From assembly GCF_009914755.1 (NCBI RefSeq), contig NC_060926.1: DNA of 64,000 bases. One strand, written 5' to 3'. The notes below the pieces were generated by a model, which searched no databases, was not told where the DNA came from, and saw nothing but the letters and a program-made list of their open reading frames with translations. A program made the translations under genes and the position numbers. Shown piece by piece: positions 42,050 through 58,967 of the stretch. The stretch comes from the human T2T-CHM13v2.0 reference genome, Homo sapiens. Numbering within the stretch: position 1 is the stretch's first letter; each line of letters begins with the position of its first letter.

Positions 42050-44500
42050 AATCTATTCACTCATTAATATCTGAGTGCCTACTGACCCTCTGTGCTGAGG
42101 CACTGGGCTTGACTCTTGCTTTGATAGGGTACACAGCCCTTGCCCTGGTGATATTTACATTCTCTCAGGAGAGAGACAAGAAAATAGTTAAAAATAATGA
42201 TCCATGCTATAAAAGGGACTATTAGAAAACAACAGGGGGCCCAATCTAGTCCAGGAGAGAGGGGGATGGTTCAGAAAGGTTTCCCTGAGCAAGAAACATT
42301 TTCATTGATACCTAAAGAATGTAAGCTTACTAGCAATAGGGAGGAGAGAGAAAATGACGTACAATGAATCAAAGGCAGGAGGGAATTTTCGGGAACTACA
42401 AGAAGGTAGGTACGTATATAGCCAGAGAATGACAAGGAAGAGAGATGAGGTTGGAGAGGCAGGTGGGGCCAGATCAGATCATTCAGGACCTTAAGAGACC
42501 ACATGAAGGATTTTGGATTTCATCCTAAATAATAGAAGCCATTATAAGGAGTTCTGAAACTCCTTATAATGCACCGTAGCATGATTCGACATATTTTGAG
42601 ATCACTCAGGCTGCCATGTGGAAAATGGATTGCAGAGACTGAGAGTTAATAATGAGAGACTGGTAAGGCAGCTATTGCTCCAATCCAGATGAAAAAAGGG
42701 TAGCTGCTTGAACTAAGATGATGGCAGTAAGAAGAAAGGAGGTAGACTCCAAAACTATTTTAGGAGGTTTTTGGTGATGAACTAGATGTGGGGAGTCAGA
42801 GTGAGGGAAATATCAAGGATAATTTTGGCACAAGCAACTGGGTGGATTGGTAATGTCATTCACTGAGCTAAGGAACTCTGTGGGAAGGGCAAACTTTTCT
42901 TGGGTGGTGATAGGGGCGTGGGGGTAAAAAAGGTGATGAGTTCTATTTTGGACATGTTAAATTTGCAATGCTTCTGAAACACTGAAATGGTGATGTTAAG
43001 TAGGTTGGCTGTATGCACCAAGAATAGGAGAAGTCTGCCTAAATATAGGAAGTTGGAGTAGTCGTTTATATAAATGGTAACTGAAGTCATAGGAATAGAA
43101 GATACTGCCTATGGAGAAAATGCAAAGTGAGATGAGAAGAGGGCCCATGACCCAGCACTGATGTGTGTGAATATTTTGAAAAGTCAGGTAGAAGCCGGGC
43201 ACTGTGGCTCACACCTGTAATCCCAACACTTTGGGAGGCCGAGGGAGGTGGATCACTTGAGGTCAGGAGTTCGAGACCAGCCTGGCCAACATGGTGAAAC
43301 CCCATCCCTACTAAAAATACAAAAATTAGCTGAATGTGGTGGTACATGCCAGTAATCCCAGCTACTCGGAGGCTGAGGCAGGAAAATCACTTGGACCTGG
43401 GAGATGGAGGTTGTAGTGAGCTGAGATCGCGCCATCGCACTCCAGACTGGGTGATGGAGCGAGACTCCATTTCACCCCCCCAAAAAAAAAAGTCAAGTAG
43501 AGGAGGAAGGCAACATGAAAAGGAAACTGAGAAGAACCCAGAGAGTTGAGAAGACAATCAGAAGAGTGTGACATCACAGAAATCAAGAAAATACCGAACC
43601 CAGTGTTCTGTATTTTCTTGATTTGGATTAAATGGTAGCCCCCCCAAAAATATGTCCATGTCCTAATCCATGGAATCTGTGAAGGCTACCTTATTTGGAA
43701 AAAAGGGTGTTTGTATATATAATTAAGGACCTTAAGATAAGGAGATCATCCTGAATTATTCAGATGGGCCCTCAATTCAATGATAGGTATATAAGAGAAA
43801 AGCAGAGGGAGATTTAACACACACACAGAAGAGGAGGAGGCAATGTGACCATGGAGGCAGAGATTGGAGTGGTGTGGCCACAAATCAAGGAATGCCTGCA
43901 GCCATCAGAATTTGGAAGAGGCAAAGAACAAATTCTCCCCTAGAGCCTCCAGAAGGAAAGTGGCCCTCCTGATGCCTTGACTTTGGACTTCTGGCCTCCA
44001 GAACTATGAGACAATAAATGTTGTTTTAAGATACCAGTTTGTGGTAATTTGTCACAGCAACCACAGGGAATGAATCCAATTCCAGTAAAGTAGGAATACA
44101 GAAGGCTGCTGAAAGGTCAAGTAGGAAGAAGACTGAGAAGTGTCCACAGAATTCAGGACCATGGAGTCTCTGATGACCTTAATGAGAGCAGTTTCCACGG
44201 AAAAAATGAGAATGAAAGCCAAATGGAGGTAGGCTGAATCGTAGGTGATACCAAGTATGAGATAACTCAGAGTCCAGCTGCCAAGGGAAGAGGCAGGAAC
44301 AGACAGAAACTGGAGGGGTATGAAGTCCACGGAAATGACATCTTTAAAGATTAGAAACTCTAATTCACATTTAAATGTTCATAGAAAGGGTCTAGTGGAG
44401 AGGGACAGGTTATACATACAGGAGGGAGAAAGTATAGTTGATAGTGTAGGTCCTGGGAAGGCAGAAGGGAATATTTATTTTCGAATAGCTAATACATTCC
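42050..44500 (-). mobile_element. L2 (MIR2) with inserted AluS (+, 43193-43491) and MLT1 LTR (+, ~43625-44070)
   Basis: Purine-rich L2-like sequence (tttggacatgttaaatttg, ggccagatc); Alu and MLT1 bodies recognisable. Confidence 0.75.
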
Positions 44501-44856
44501 CACCATTCAAAATCCAAATGCCTGGGATGCTTAATTAGTAAAAGATGGTTGCATGGTGAACACGAAATCAGAGCAGTAGGAAAAGCATCAGGAGAAAGAT
44601 TTTATCCATTACAAAGCCACATGAAACATCCTTACTCCATGGTAGGAAATTTCACTTCCCTGGTAGCAGGAATGCTTATACCCCCCAAGTGTAAGTTGGC
44701 CTGCCCAGACAGCTCCTGGATTAATGCATCAAACTCCAACTTTCTAACTTTCTAACTTTTTGTTTATTCTTTCAGTTTTTCACAGGGTCACACACATACA
44801 CAAACACAAATAAACATTTTAAAGCTACATAAGCAATACAAGAAATAATTTTATAA

Positions 44857-45175
<319 letters not shown>

Positions 45176-45930
45176 AGAACATATTTTTATATACCATGTC
45201 ATACTTTGCACTAAAATAATTTCTCTCCTTGTTTTACAAGATTTTCTTTTACTAAGTAAATAAACCCATCAGATTTTCTCCATTATTTGGTGAAGGATCA
45301 AAGGAAAAAAAGAGAAAGGGGGAGTAGTTCAGCTTTAGGTGGGGTGAGGAGACGTACGACATGTATATGAAAATTTTTTAAAAGGTTCCAGGTAAATTTC
45401 AAATTAGAATGATTTTGTCCCATGTACTTCCATTTCATTTATTTCCAGAGCAGCTGCATGGACATTAACAGAAAACAAATAAGTAGTCATTCTGCTAAGT
45501 TTTCCTATATTGACCTCAATGCACAAATGTTCCATTGGCTATCTTCCATTTGATGCAAGAACAGTGCTTGCAAATATAACGTCAGTGAGCTTAAGCAAAC
45601 AGAAAATGGAACTTACCTGCAATTATAAGTTAACAAGAAGCTTTCAAAAACATATTAGTTGACAAGGAAGTCAGGAAAAAGAGGAAAATCACTTATGTGG
45701 TCCCTATATTTGTAAAATATATCAAAACAAAGGTAAATTACAAATAGAGGCATTTTCTAAATTAAACTCAAGGCTGCCAAATGAGAAAGACAATATAAAT
45801 ACAATACAACCTCTTTTTCATTAATGTTTAAAACTTGTCCTATACTGACCTATAAGTTTGCCCCACTGAGGAAATGGAATCTGAAAACTGGGATACAGAT
45901 ACTCTGGGAAGAATAATAAAACTGAACTTA

Positions 45931-46350
<420 letters not shown>

Positions 46351-47684
46351 CTATTCTAATTGAGCGGTTTTCAGTCTTAGGAGTATATAGAATCACCTGG
46401 AAGTTTTTCCACATCCATACTTTGCAGATATTCTGATTTGTTAGGCCTGAGCCAAGGCCCAATTTTTGTATTTCTGCTTGTTAATTTGCCATAGGTAATT
46501 CCGATATATAGAAAGACTAAAGACTTAAGAACAATTCCTCGAATATAGTGACAACCTCTACCTGGAATAGTCCAAATCCTAATTACCCTAATTCCTACAC
46601 CAACAGTTCCCAAACTAGTGTTCTACAAACTACAGTCTTGTGAATGCTCTTTGAAAAAAAAAAAAAAAAAATGGCCATGTGTAAATTCATTGTCCTGAGA
46701 AGTCCCGTTTAATTTACCAAGCATTTCCCAAATTTATGTATTAATTTGTTACCTTTATTACATATATTACATTTTTAACCTAGTAACTATTAACAATCCC
46801 AAACTTTTAGAAACAATGCCCCAAGGATGTTCTGTGATATTACTATCATTCTACTGGAAACGTACAGAACAGTCATAAAATGTACTCCACAAGGCATTTA
46901 AAGGCAGTTTCAAAGGTAGAATCAAAAGACTTGCCAAAAGTCAGTGGCAAGATCTCTAGACTCAGACCCACCTTTGAGTCCTCAAGTTCCAACTCCTTGC
47001 CCCAAAGCCAATCAATTGTCCTCCCAGAATAACATCAAATAGCAATTAGCATATGGTCCTTGACTTCTCCAGATCAGCTCCAAAAAGATATAGACTATTA
47101 ATGGGGGAAATATTGTGAAGTCTTTAACAGACAACGTTAATCAAAAACATTCCTATGGGTAAATTATTATATATAAAAAACCTTTCTCACCAACAAGTGT
47201 CTCCATACATTTCAGACTGATGTGATGACAATTTGTTTTTTAAATGCATAATTATATCAAATAAATGCCACTATAAAAGCCTGAATACAATCTCCGAGCC
47301 TAAGGTCTTCCCCATCTTCACCTCCATCTCACATTTGATTGTATGTATATTTGAGAGAGCATCACTCATTACTTGTTTTGGGACTAGTCTATAACCTTGG
47401 AAGTTTCTTGAGGGCAAGAATCAAGTCCTTTACAGCTTCTAGCATGCCTCTGTGCACCCACCAGGTCCTTAATAAATAATCTGTTAACTGCCATTTTTAG
47501 AACGCTGTATTCTAAATCTCATTTCCTCAGCAGGAAGCCCATGCCCTTAGGGGTTAGGATCTGTAAGTGAGCACTCTTCGTTGAGTATGAACAGTTATTC
47601 CCCACAGTCAGTGACAGCACTACTCTGGAATCTGTTTTTGACAAATCAAGTTACTCAAGAGGGATTAAAAAACACTTACTTATA

Positions 47685-48103
47685 TTTTTTTTAGAGATGG
47701 GATCCATGTTGCCCAGACTGGTCTTGAACTCCTGGACTCAAGTGATTCTCCTGCCTCAGCCTCCCAAAGTGCTGAGATAACAGGCATGAGCCACTATGCC
47801 CAGCCTATTTTTTAATTTTTATAGAGACAGGGTCTCACTCTGTAGACCAGGCTGGAGCTCAGTGGTGCAATCATAGCTTACTGCAGCACTGAACTCCCGG
47901 GCTGAGGCAATCCTCCTGCCTCAGCCTCCCAGGTAGCTAAGACTACAGGTGTACACCACCAGGCATGGCTAAATTTTTTTTTTTTTTAGAGAAGGGGTCT
48001 TGCTTGTTGCCCAGGCTGGTCTCAAACTCCTGGCTTCAAGCAATCCTCCTGCCTCCGCCTCCCAAAGTGCCAGATTACAGATGTGAGCCACTGTGCCTGG
48101 CCT
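47685..48103 (-). mobile_element. Alu monomer plus AluJ
   Basis: Adjacent antisense Alu sequences. Confidence 0.88.
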
Positions 48104-50292
48104 GGGGAGCAGTGGGGAAAAACACTTCTAATCTAGAAAATTTTGTGTTCTTGTTTACTATTTTAGCATTAATAACACCAAATGACTATAACATTCTCTT
48201 TACGAGCTGTATAATAAGAATAAAAGCTTGCCACAGTGGAATTATCTAAACTAGAAGAAATTCATACAGTGAATCCCAACAAAAATCACAAAAAGGGATC
48301 ACATGTTCATTTTCTTTGACATATTTCTGGAAATAAAGGTTTGCCACAACAAAGTGGGGAGAGGGGAGCCAAGCAGCATAATACATCTGTAATGAGGTAG
48401 AGAAAACAGTATCCACTAGAAATCTTTTCAGGAAGGGTGCCATTTTGGGTTGGAAAAGCTCTTTGAAAGTTAATCTGGGGGAGAAAGAGGGTCCTTGAGG
48501 GACGAGGGTAAGGTCAGAACATTTCTTGGGAGAAAGGGGAACATTAATCTGGCTAATGAGGGCACAGTGCTAGACAGAGTGAAGAAGAAAAAGTCGAGTC
48601 GTACATTCAGAGTATGAAAGGCCTCACACTGTGTAAAATGGACTACAACTTAAGACTTCCAATTTTCAGTAAGACTATTAGGCCCATATAAAATTCAGGA
48701 GTCTGTGGATTTTTTGGTGTGGAAACCACTCAAGAGGCAGATTTTATGTCTAAATTGCAACGGTGAGACTTAAGTATGAATTGGGAATTATGTCCCAATT
48801 TATGAATTGGGAAAGCATTTAAGACAAGTTTCTCCAGGCCTTTAAAGGAATGAGAACCCCACTGGACAATTAAGTTACATAGAAAAAACAACTATCGTAA
48901 TCTATCCAAATACAAGGGGGAAAGGACAGCAACAAAATAATAGCTCTTCTAAGTACTTCGGTAACAGTCTCTCTTTTAATCTTCATAACAATCCCACAAG
49001 GCAGGGACTGTTAGTCTCCCAGTTGTTTTCATACAAATACTCCACCTTTCATTTATTTATTAAAAAAAATTTTTTTAGAGACAGGTCTCACTATGATGTC
49101 CAGACTGGACTTGAACTTCTAGGCTCAAGTGATCCTCCCACCTCATCCTCTCAAGTGGCTAGGATTACAGGTATGAGCCATCAGAGATTTATTCAACACC
49201 TTGCCTAAAGTATAACCTAGTAGTACTAGAATTAGTGCTTAAGCTTAGGTCTTTCTGGTCCCAAAGCCCATGCTCTTAACCACTTCCATGTAGTGACTAC
49301 CCCATACTCACACTTCCCACTTTAGGTCCAGAAAGGCTATAATAGAAAACTCTGATTTGATCTCAAATATTAAAAATGGGGTTCGGAGAACCATGCTGAA
49401 GAAAAATGCTATTCAACAAAAGTACTGAGGTCTTTGGAAGGAAAACACAAACCAATCACAGCACATGGTGGTTTATTTAAATCAAAATAAATTACATTCC
49501 CTACCATGAACATATGAAGCTCCATTTAATTTGAAGCTTGCTAATACTTTTAGGATGAGAAACCAAACCTCCAAATAGGTCTACAATCCATTATGTACAA
49601 TTCTAATATCCAAACAGCTCTAAAAACCAAGAATTTTTCATATGTTTTATGTCAAAACTTGCAGGACAGTAAAATTTGGCCTGAACTGATATGAAGCTAT
49701 ATACAGCCTTTATCTACCCACTTAGTGTGAATACTCCTGTTTTGCTCAGAAATATTAATGTATCGGGTGACTAAGGATGCTGCATCAGACACACTGAGGC
49801 ATTCGTAACAGAGAAAGCATCTTCCTAAACCTGAAAAATTCTGAATTCTGAGAGTTGTCTAGTTCCAAGGGCTTTGGACCCTCTATGAACCTGTATTCCA
49901 AATAATTTAAAAAACAGTTTCCAAGGATGATTAGATCAGAGACACTCAGTATTTAGGATTTCATAAACCAGGAGATTTTAAAAAATATTGAGGACAATAT
50001 AGGATTCCAAATTAAAAAACATACAAAGATGGTAAAAACATCCTTATCAACATCATTCTATAAAAGGATATTTTAGCACCAAAAAAACAAAAGAAGGTCT
50101 TAATTCAATGCAAAAGACAATTCTTTAAACTGAATGAATTTAATGTTACAAAAAATACTATGTGGTCCTTATACTTCTTATTTCACAATAAGCTGGTGAA
50201 AATTCACCTGGGACTGGCACTGATCTGATCTGAGGCATACAGTCCAGGAGCCTATATAAAATTACCTGGGAAAGTTATTAAAAAATGCAGAC

Positions 50293-50361
50293 ACAACCAA
50301 GATCGTGCCACCGTACTCCAGCCTAGGTGACAGAGCGAGACTTCGTCTCAAAAAAAAAAAG
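50293..50361 (+). mobile_element. Severely 5'-truncated Alu inside MER5-like sequence
   Basis: Alu 3' end and A tail flanked by TSD aaaaaatgcagac (50280-50292, 50362-50374). Confidence 0.88.
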
Positions 50362-51624
50362 AAAAAATGCAGACTCCCCCCAGCCTCCCAAAAAGGTCCA
50401 TCCTAGGAGATCACAATTCAGATGGTCTAAAGGTGAGGCGCAAAATCTGTGTCGTTTTCTAGAAAACAGTCTGGGTTGTTTTTGATGTGCAGCCAGGCTT
50501 CAGAGCCACCAGTTTAATCTGTGGGTTCTAGTTCTACCCTTCTTCACTCAAACTCTTCTCTGAGGGGTAAGGGGAGAAAAACAGGAATGTTTCCAAGTAA
50601 GGAATCTGCCTAACCCACTGTTTGTAATACTAGTTATTCCTTCAAACAGTCTAGGCTGAACCAGCTGGTCAACTGAGACTATTAGCCGTGGAACGATAGA
50701 AATTAGAGTTGACAAGCAAGAAAAACTTGTTAAAGCAAAACTCCTCTATGAAAAGGTGTGGCTTCCACAGTTTCTTTTCTCTTCAACGCAAAGATTCTAC
50801 ATATGATGCCTAAGTTCAGCACAGATATCTTTGTCTGTGCTGACAATAATAACAATAAATAAAACTTTAAAAAATATATTTGTGTGTACTTTATATATCT
50901 GTGTATCTATGTGTGTGTGTATCTATGTGTTCCTTTGAAGCTGTCTTCATTATCCAGCTTCTATGCCAGGTCTTTGATTTTGGCCTTGATTTTTCATCTT
51001 CAAATGGAGTACAAGAATTACCAGTATTACCTCAGTTGAGGTACAAATCCTATAAAAATGGAAAACCCATAGCATGCTTGATGATTAATGAAGGAGACTA
51101 TATTATCCAACATTCCAATAAGATAAAATAATCATAGTGATTTTTCTTTTTTGGAAAAAGTTTCTCTTATTCTCCTACATTACTGTTTAAAATAATCTCA
51201 AGATACATGTCTAATATCTTTAAAAACACACAAAGGTTTCGATTTAATAAGCACTCAAAGCTCTTTACCAGTTTTAAAAAATACAAGGCCCTTCTAAAGG
51301 CTAAATGCTAAGTGATGGGGGAGAGAAGAAGGACATAAATAACTCTTACTTTCATGGGGTTAATCACTAAATCCTATTTGCCTAGAATCTCCTGGCCTCT
51401 CTAAGCCTTGCAAATGAAATGGAGTTTCTCACTAGATACTTGGCTATGACTTCCAATCATAAAAAACCAAGAATTGTGTTATGTCACTGTGTATTGCTTG
51501 TAACCTGAACTCCACACTAGGCTGGGATCAAGGGTTGAATCTGTCATGATTTGCTCCATAACCTGTGTGTTTCTCATCCCAGACCAAAGAGCTTTCTTCT
51601 AGAGTTCTACAATTTTTAGTATAC

Positions 51625-51800
51625 AAGAATGGTTCTCAAAAATGTAGTCTCTGGACCAGCAGCATCAGAATCACCTGAGAACTTGTTATAAATGCGAATT
51701 CTCAGGCCCCACCCTAGACCTGATGAATCAGAAACTCTGGAATAGGGCCCAGCAATCTGTGTTGCAATAAGCCCTCCAGGTGTTCAAGAACCTCTGGCAT
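51625..51800. mobile_element. MER5A
   Basis: ggaccagcagcatcagaatcacctgagaacttgttataaatgcgaattctcaggccccaccctagacc. Confidence 0.85.
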
Positions 51801-52195
51801 ATAGCACTTAGAAAAATGTGTTTCTTTCTGTAGGCCCAAAGCCAGGGATACTGTATGTTCTATCTTGATATGAAATAATGACATCCAATTAAAAGACATA
51901 TATCTCCTTTCTACTCTCACCCTCCATCCAATGTATTTTATTTTTATGAGTTAAATAAGAACAAATGGCAATCAGAGACTTAGTCTAAAAAGTATATTTA
52001 CAGGTGTCAGTTCTCATCCAGACTGCTCTGATACAAAACCATTTACATCCTCTTACATCTAAAGTTTTAGAAAAGGATCTTCACAATGTAAGTCTCAGGC
52101 ACACTAGGAGTTCTATAATAAAATACCAAGTAGCTCTGAATGTCCAAACTTACTAAGAGAAGAAAAGTGGAATTATTGGCTATATATATATATTT

Positions 52196-54295
<2,100 letters not shown>

Positions 54296-56806
54296 TTATA
54301 TTTTGTTAAATTATTGTAAAAAGAATGTGATTTCCTTTATAATCAGGGATAAGTGTTATTTTCATTTATTTTTACATTTCTTTTCTTTTTCTTATTTTTC
54401 TCATGTATGTACCCCATGTAGGCTAGAGAGCTTGACTCCTTGCCTCTTGAGGTGAATCAGCCCATTTTCGGGATGTGCACTACACAAAGCTGCCCCATAT
54501 TCCTTTTATTTTACAAGTTCTGGAAACATTTTTGTTTTAAATTGTTTTACTCTTCTCATTTTTTAAAATATATGAAATTGAGGAAAAGACAAAGGAAAGG
54601 CTGATTCCCCACCTTCCTGGGGCTACTCTTCCAATTTTTGCTGCTATTGCTATGTATTAATATTCTCTGGGTACTAAAAAGATGGGCAGCCCCATAGAAC
54701 CTTTTTTCTTATCTCGTTCTCATAATCCCACTTCATTCCTTCATTCACTTATTTTTAAAAGGGTAATGTGCGCAAATACATAGTTCAAAAAAATTTAAAA
54801 TATAACTATCTATAAATGTATGTGGCAAAATCCCATTCATAGTCCTATTCTCCCTCCACAGCCAAACACTTTTAATTGGTTTCTTATTATCATTTCAGAA
54901 GTTATCTCTGCAAACACACGTATATTCTTACTCTACTCTTCTCTCTCAACACAAAAAGTAGCATACCATATACACTATGCCATCCATATACCATTCCTTG
55001 TTCCTTTTTTAAAAACACACACAATATCTAGTTCTTCCACATGAGTACATAGGTCTTTCTCATTCTTCTTTACAACTACACAGTATTCCATCATTTGGAT
55101 GTACCATAGTTTACTTAACCAGTTCCCTGATGGCAGGCACTGAAGTCATCCCTATCATACTAGCACAAACAATGATGCCAAGCATAACCACCTACACACA
55201 CCAAATTCATTTCCGAAGGTGCCTCTCATGAGGCCTCTATTTAAATTACTGCAAGCCCACATGGTCACTAGGCTGAAATATTAGCCCCTTTTTCAGTTTT
55301 CATTATGTACAGCAGCACGTAACAAAAGATTCCCTTGGACAAAGCAAATGTACTCTTTGGGGATTTATTTCATAAAAATAAAGGGATAAACAGAACAGCT
55401 AGGATGAACCATTTCTATTTAACCATGCATATGTATGTATACAATACATGTATATGCATAGAAAGTATACAATAAACCCATCAAAGCACTAACCACTGTC
55501 TCAGTATGGTGGATCTGTGGAGTGCTTTGTAGTCCCCTGCTCCTTGCCAATCAATTATTTCTAATTTCACAACAGTGAATATGTACTATTTCTGCAATAT
55601 AAAATGTTTAAAAATGTTAACTCAAATTAAGGTGGATAAATTCCTTCAGTCTGTCCTATATTTGTATAGTGCTCCAGAGTGCTCAAATATCACTTCGTTT
55701 TTAAAAAATATTTGTTTATTTTTTCAAATATAGAGACAGGGTCTTGCTCTGTTGACCAGGCTGGTCTTGAACTCCTGGATTCTCCCACCTCTGCCTCCCA
55801 AAGTGCTGGTATTACAGGCGTGAGCCATCATCACACCCGGCCAGCTTCATTTGAGAAATCTTTCCCCAGCACTCCATATATTACTAATTATTCCTTTCTT
55901 CTTGTTTAGATAGCATTTTTGTTATACCTCTATTACCTCACTTGTCACATGATAATCAGCTGCTCACCCATCTGTCTCCCTTGATTGCTCATGAGCTCCT
56001 TGAGAAGAAGTCTCATTTTCAGGACCTTGAACAGTGTGCAACACATGTATGCTTCACAGGCAGAGAAGAAGTAAATGATTTCACTACAGTGTAATCATTC
56101 CCAGAATTCAATTACCTGTATTTCTAAATTGTTCTAGACACTCTGCCAACAACCTGAGAATGTTATACTCTTTCCCTAAAACTTCCATCCATTACTGAGT
56201 ATCTATGGTCATAGCTAACTCAATTGTGACATGCCCTCTGGCCAAGCCCATTCATAGTTTTTCCTCTAGATGATTTTTAATTTTTGTTTTTATTTGTTCT
56301 TTGTATTTTTAATACAAACAGCACATAAGTAAACTTCACCATCTCTATATCTCTGTGCCTTTGCACCTGCTAGTCTCTGTTTGGAATGATGTCTGAAGGT
56401 TTTATTCACCTGGAAAGCATTCCTACTCACCCTTAAAGATATCAGCTTAAATAATACCTTCTCTGGGAAGCCTTTCTATCCTCCCATTCTCTCAGGAAGA
56501 GTTCAGAATTTCTACAGTTGAAACTGTAGACCCTGCCCTCACAGAGCTCACGGTCTAGTATGAAAAACAGCCATATGAACAAATAACCACACTATAATAC
56601 TAAATGCAATACCAAAAGGGAGATGTATTGAATATTTGACATGTGTCAATTACCTTGTTAGATTCTTTATTAATAATTATCTATGATTATATTAGGTAAG
56701 TATTTGAATTGGACAAAAGGCCATGAAACTCTAGAACTGTTATACTCTCAATCGTCTTCTAAAGAAACTCTCCAAAGGGTTCTTTTAAAATATGCTATAG
56801 TCATAC

Positions 56807-57257
56807 TGAGAGGTGAGGACAGCTGGATTTCCTGGGTCGAGTGGGGACTTGGGGAACTTTCCTCTTACAAGAGGATTGTAAAATGCACCAGTCAGCGCTC
56901 TGCAAAATGCGCCAATCAGCGCTCTGTAAAATGCACCAATCAGCAGGACCCTAAAAGTAGCCAATCGCAGGGAGGATTGAAAAAAGGGCACTCTTGATAG
57001 CCCAGAAACGGAACATGGGAGGGGACAAATAAGGGAATAAAAGCTGGCCACCTGAGCCCACAGCAGCAACCTGCTGGGGTCCCCTTCCAGGCTGTGGAAG
57101 CTTTGTTCTTTCACTCTTCACAATATACCTTGCTACCGCTCACTCTTTGGGTCCGTACCATCTTTAAGAGCTGTAACACTCACCACGAAGGTCTGGGGCT
57201 CCATTCTTGAAGTCAGTGAGACCGTGAACCCACAGGCAGGAACCAACTCCAGACACA
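56807..57257 (+). mobile_element. LTR12-family (ERV9-related, LTR12F-like) solo LTR
   Basis: TGAGAGG...GACACA termini, 4-bp TSD ATAC, tandem aaaatgcaccaatcagc(gctctg) repeats, GAATAAAAG box and U5 gctgtaacactcaccacgaaggtc. Confidence 0.9.
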
Positions 57258-58183
57258 ATACAACTATTGTGTGACTGTGGCATACACAAAAAAGCATATC
57301 TGTAGCATATCTGTGTGACTGGTAATGCATAAAACCAACCTTACTTCTGTGGCCACAAGTGACTGGACCAGGGCTCAGTGCTTCAGCTGAGGACGGCATA
57401 TAGGCTGAACTTCAGGGAGATCAATCACCAAGGACATGATGGCACAGCTCAAAATTCTCTCTAGTAGGGGCCTTCTGTTTTTAGAAGGTGACAGACTAAT
57501 CCAATCAGATATTCTCTCTTGGAAAATACAAATGTTGAGTGAACAAAGCAAAAGAGGGCAGGTCTTCAGAGCTCAAATACTAAATACTGCTAAATTAATG
57601 TTCTGTGAAGTTTTGAAAGTACTAGGGCCAAGAGACAATATGGCTGCTTAGATGACTTTCCATCCAAGTTTACATTCAGCCCTCATCACCAAAGCTGATA
57701 TGTGTGTGCCTCTTTCTTGCAACCCACCAGGGACTAACACATCATATACCACTTTTGGAATTAGGAAACAGGCTCAGAAGTCCAAGAGCTTGACCAAAGG
57801 AACTCAGTTGGTAGGTAGCAGAACCAGAATTCAAAGACCCAGGTCAGCATGATTCTTCTATAATATCCTGCCACTTACATGGGCAAGTGGCCTCAAAATC
57901 AACAAAAGACAAGTAGAGGTTGACATGTGACAATGGAGAGAGGCTCAAAAGGAAGTTTGTACACAAAAATACAAAAGGAAATGTTCTGGAAGTATGTCTG
58001 GGGATGTGAAGTAGGAGCAGGCACACCAGGTTTACCTTGGTCAAGTGAATCTATAATTCCAACCTGGGCCTTTCCCCAGAGCTCCTGACTTAGCTCTTAT
58101 CTGTCTTTCTTAGGCAAATATAAAATCCACAGGGCAGGACCTTAATCTCCAGCTTGTTCACCACAGATTAAAGCAGAGTTTGA

Positions 58184-58789
58184 GGCTGGATGCAGAGGCT
58201 CACGCCTGTAATCCCAGCACTCGGGGAGGCCAAGATGGGTGGATTCCCTGAGGTCAGAATATCGAGACCAGCCTGGCCAACATGGTGAAACCCTGTTTCT
58301 ACTAAAAATACAAAAATTCGTTGGGTGTGGTGGTGTGAGCCTATAATCCCAGCTACTTGGAGTCTGAGGCAGGAGGATTGCTTGACCCAGGATGCAGAGG
58401 TTGCAGTGAGCTGAAATCGTGCCATTGCACTCCAGCCTGGGTGACAAGAGCGAAACTCCATCTCAAAAACAAACAAACAAACAAAAACACAGACTTTTTT
58501 TTTTTTTTTGAAATGGAGTCTCACTCTGTCACCCAGGCTGGAGTGCAGTGGCACGATTCGGCTCACTGCAACCTCCACCTCTTGGGTTCAATAAATTCTC
58601 TGCCTCAGCCTCCTGAATAGCTGGGACTACAGGCTCCTGCCACCATGCCTGGCTAATTTTTTTGTATTTTTAGTAGAGACAGGGTTCCACCATCCTGGAC
58701 AGGTTGGTATTGAACTCCTGACCTCGTGATCCACCTGCCTCAGCCTCCCAAAGTGCTGGGATTACAGGCATGAACCACCACGCTCAGCC
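58184..58789. mobile_element. Tail-to-tail inverted AluS pair (+ 58184-58488; - 58495-58789)
   Basis: Two full Alus in opposite orientation, under 10 bp apart. Confidence 0.94.
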
Positions 58790-58967
58790 GAGTCTGACTT
58801 ATGGTAAGTGCTTAATATATGATAAATGAACAAACTGAATGAATGAATATATGATAACTGAATAAATTTATGAATAAATGTACAAACTATCAAATAAGCT
58901 AAAGAAATAGTCCACATTGTTGGGGAAAGGGGTTACCATGAAACAGACCCTAGCAGTCACTTACAAA

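Noticed and set aside
50816-50843. 10-bp hairpin TCAGCACAGA/TCTGTGCTGA (similar 9-bp stem at 56511-56530)
   Set aside because: Too short to support an RNA gene and close to chance expectation.
56880-56945. Regularly spaced short repeats resembling a CRISPR-like array
   Set aside because: They are the tandem CCAAT repeats of the LTR12 U3, with no unique spacers, in eukaryotic DNA.
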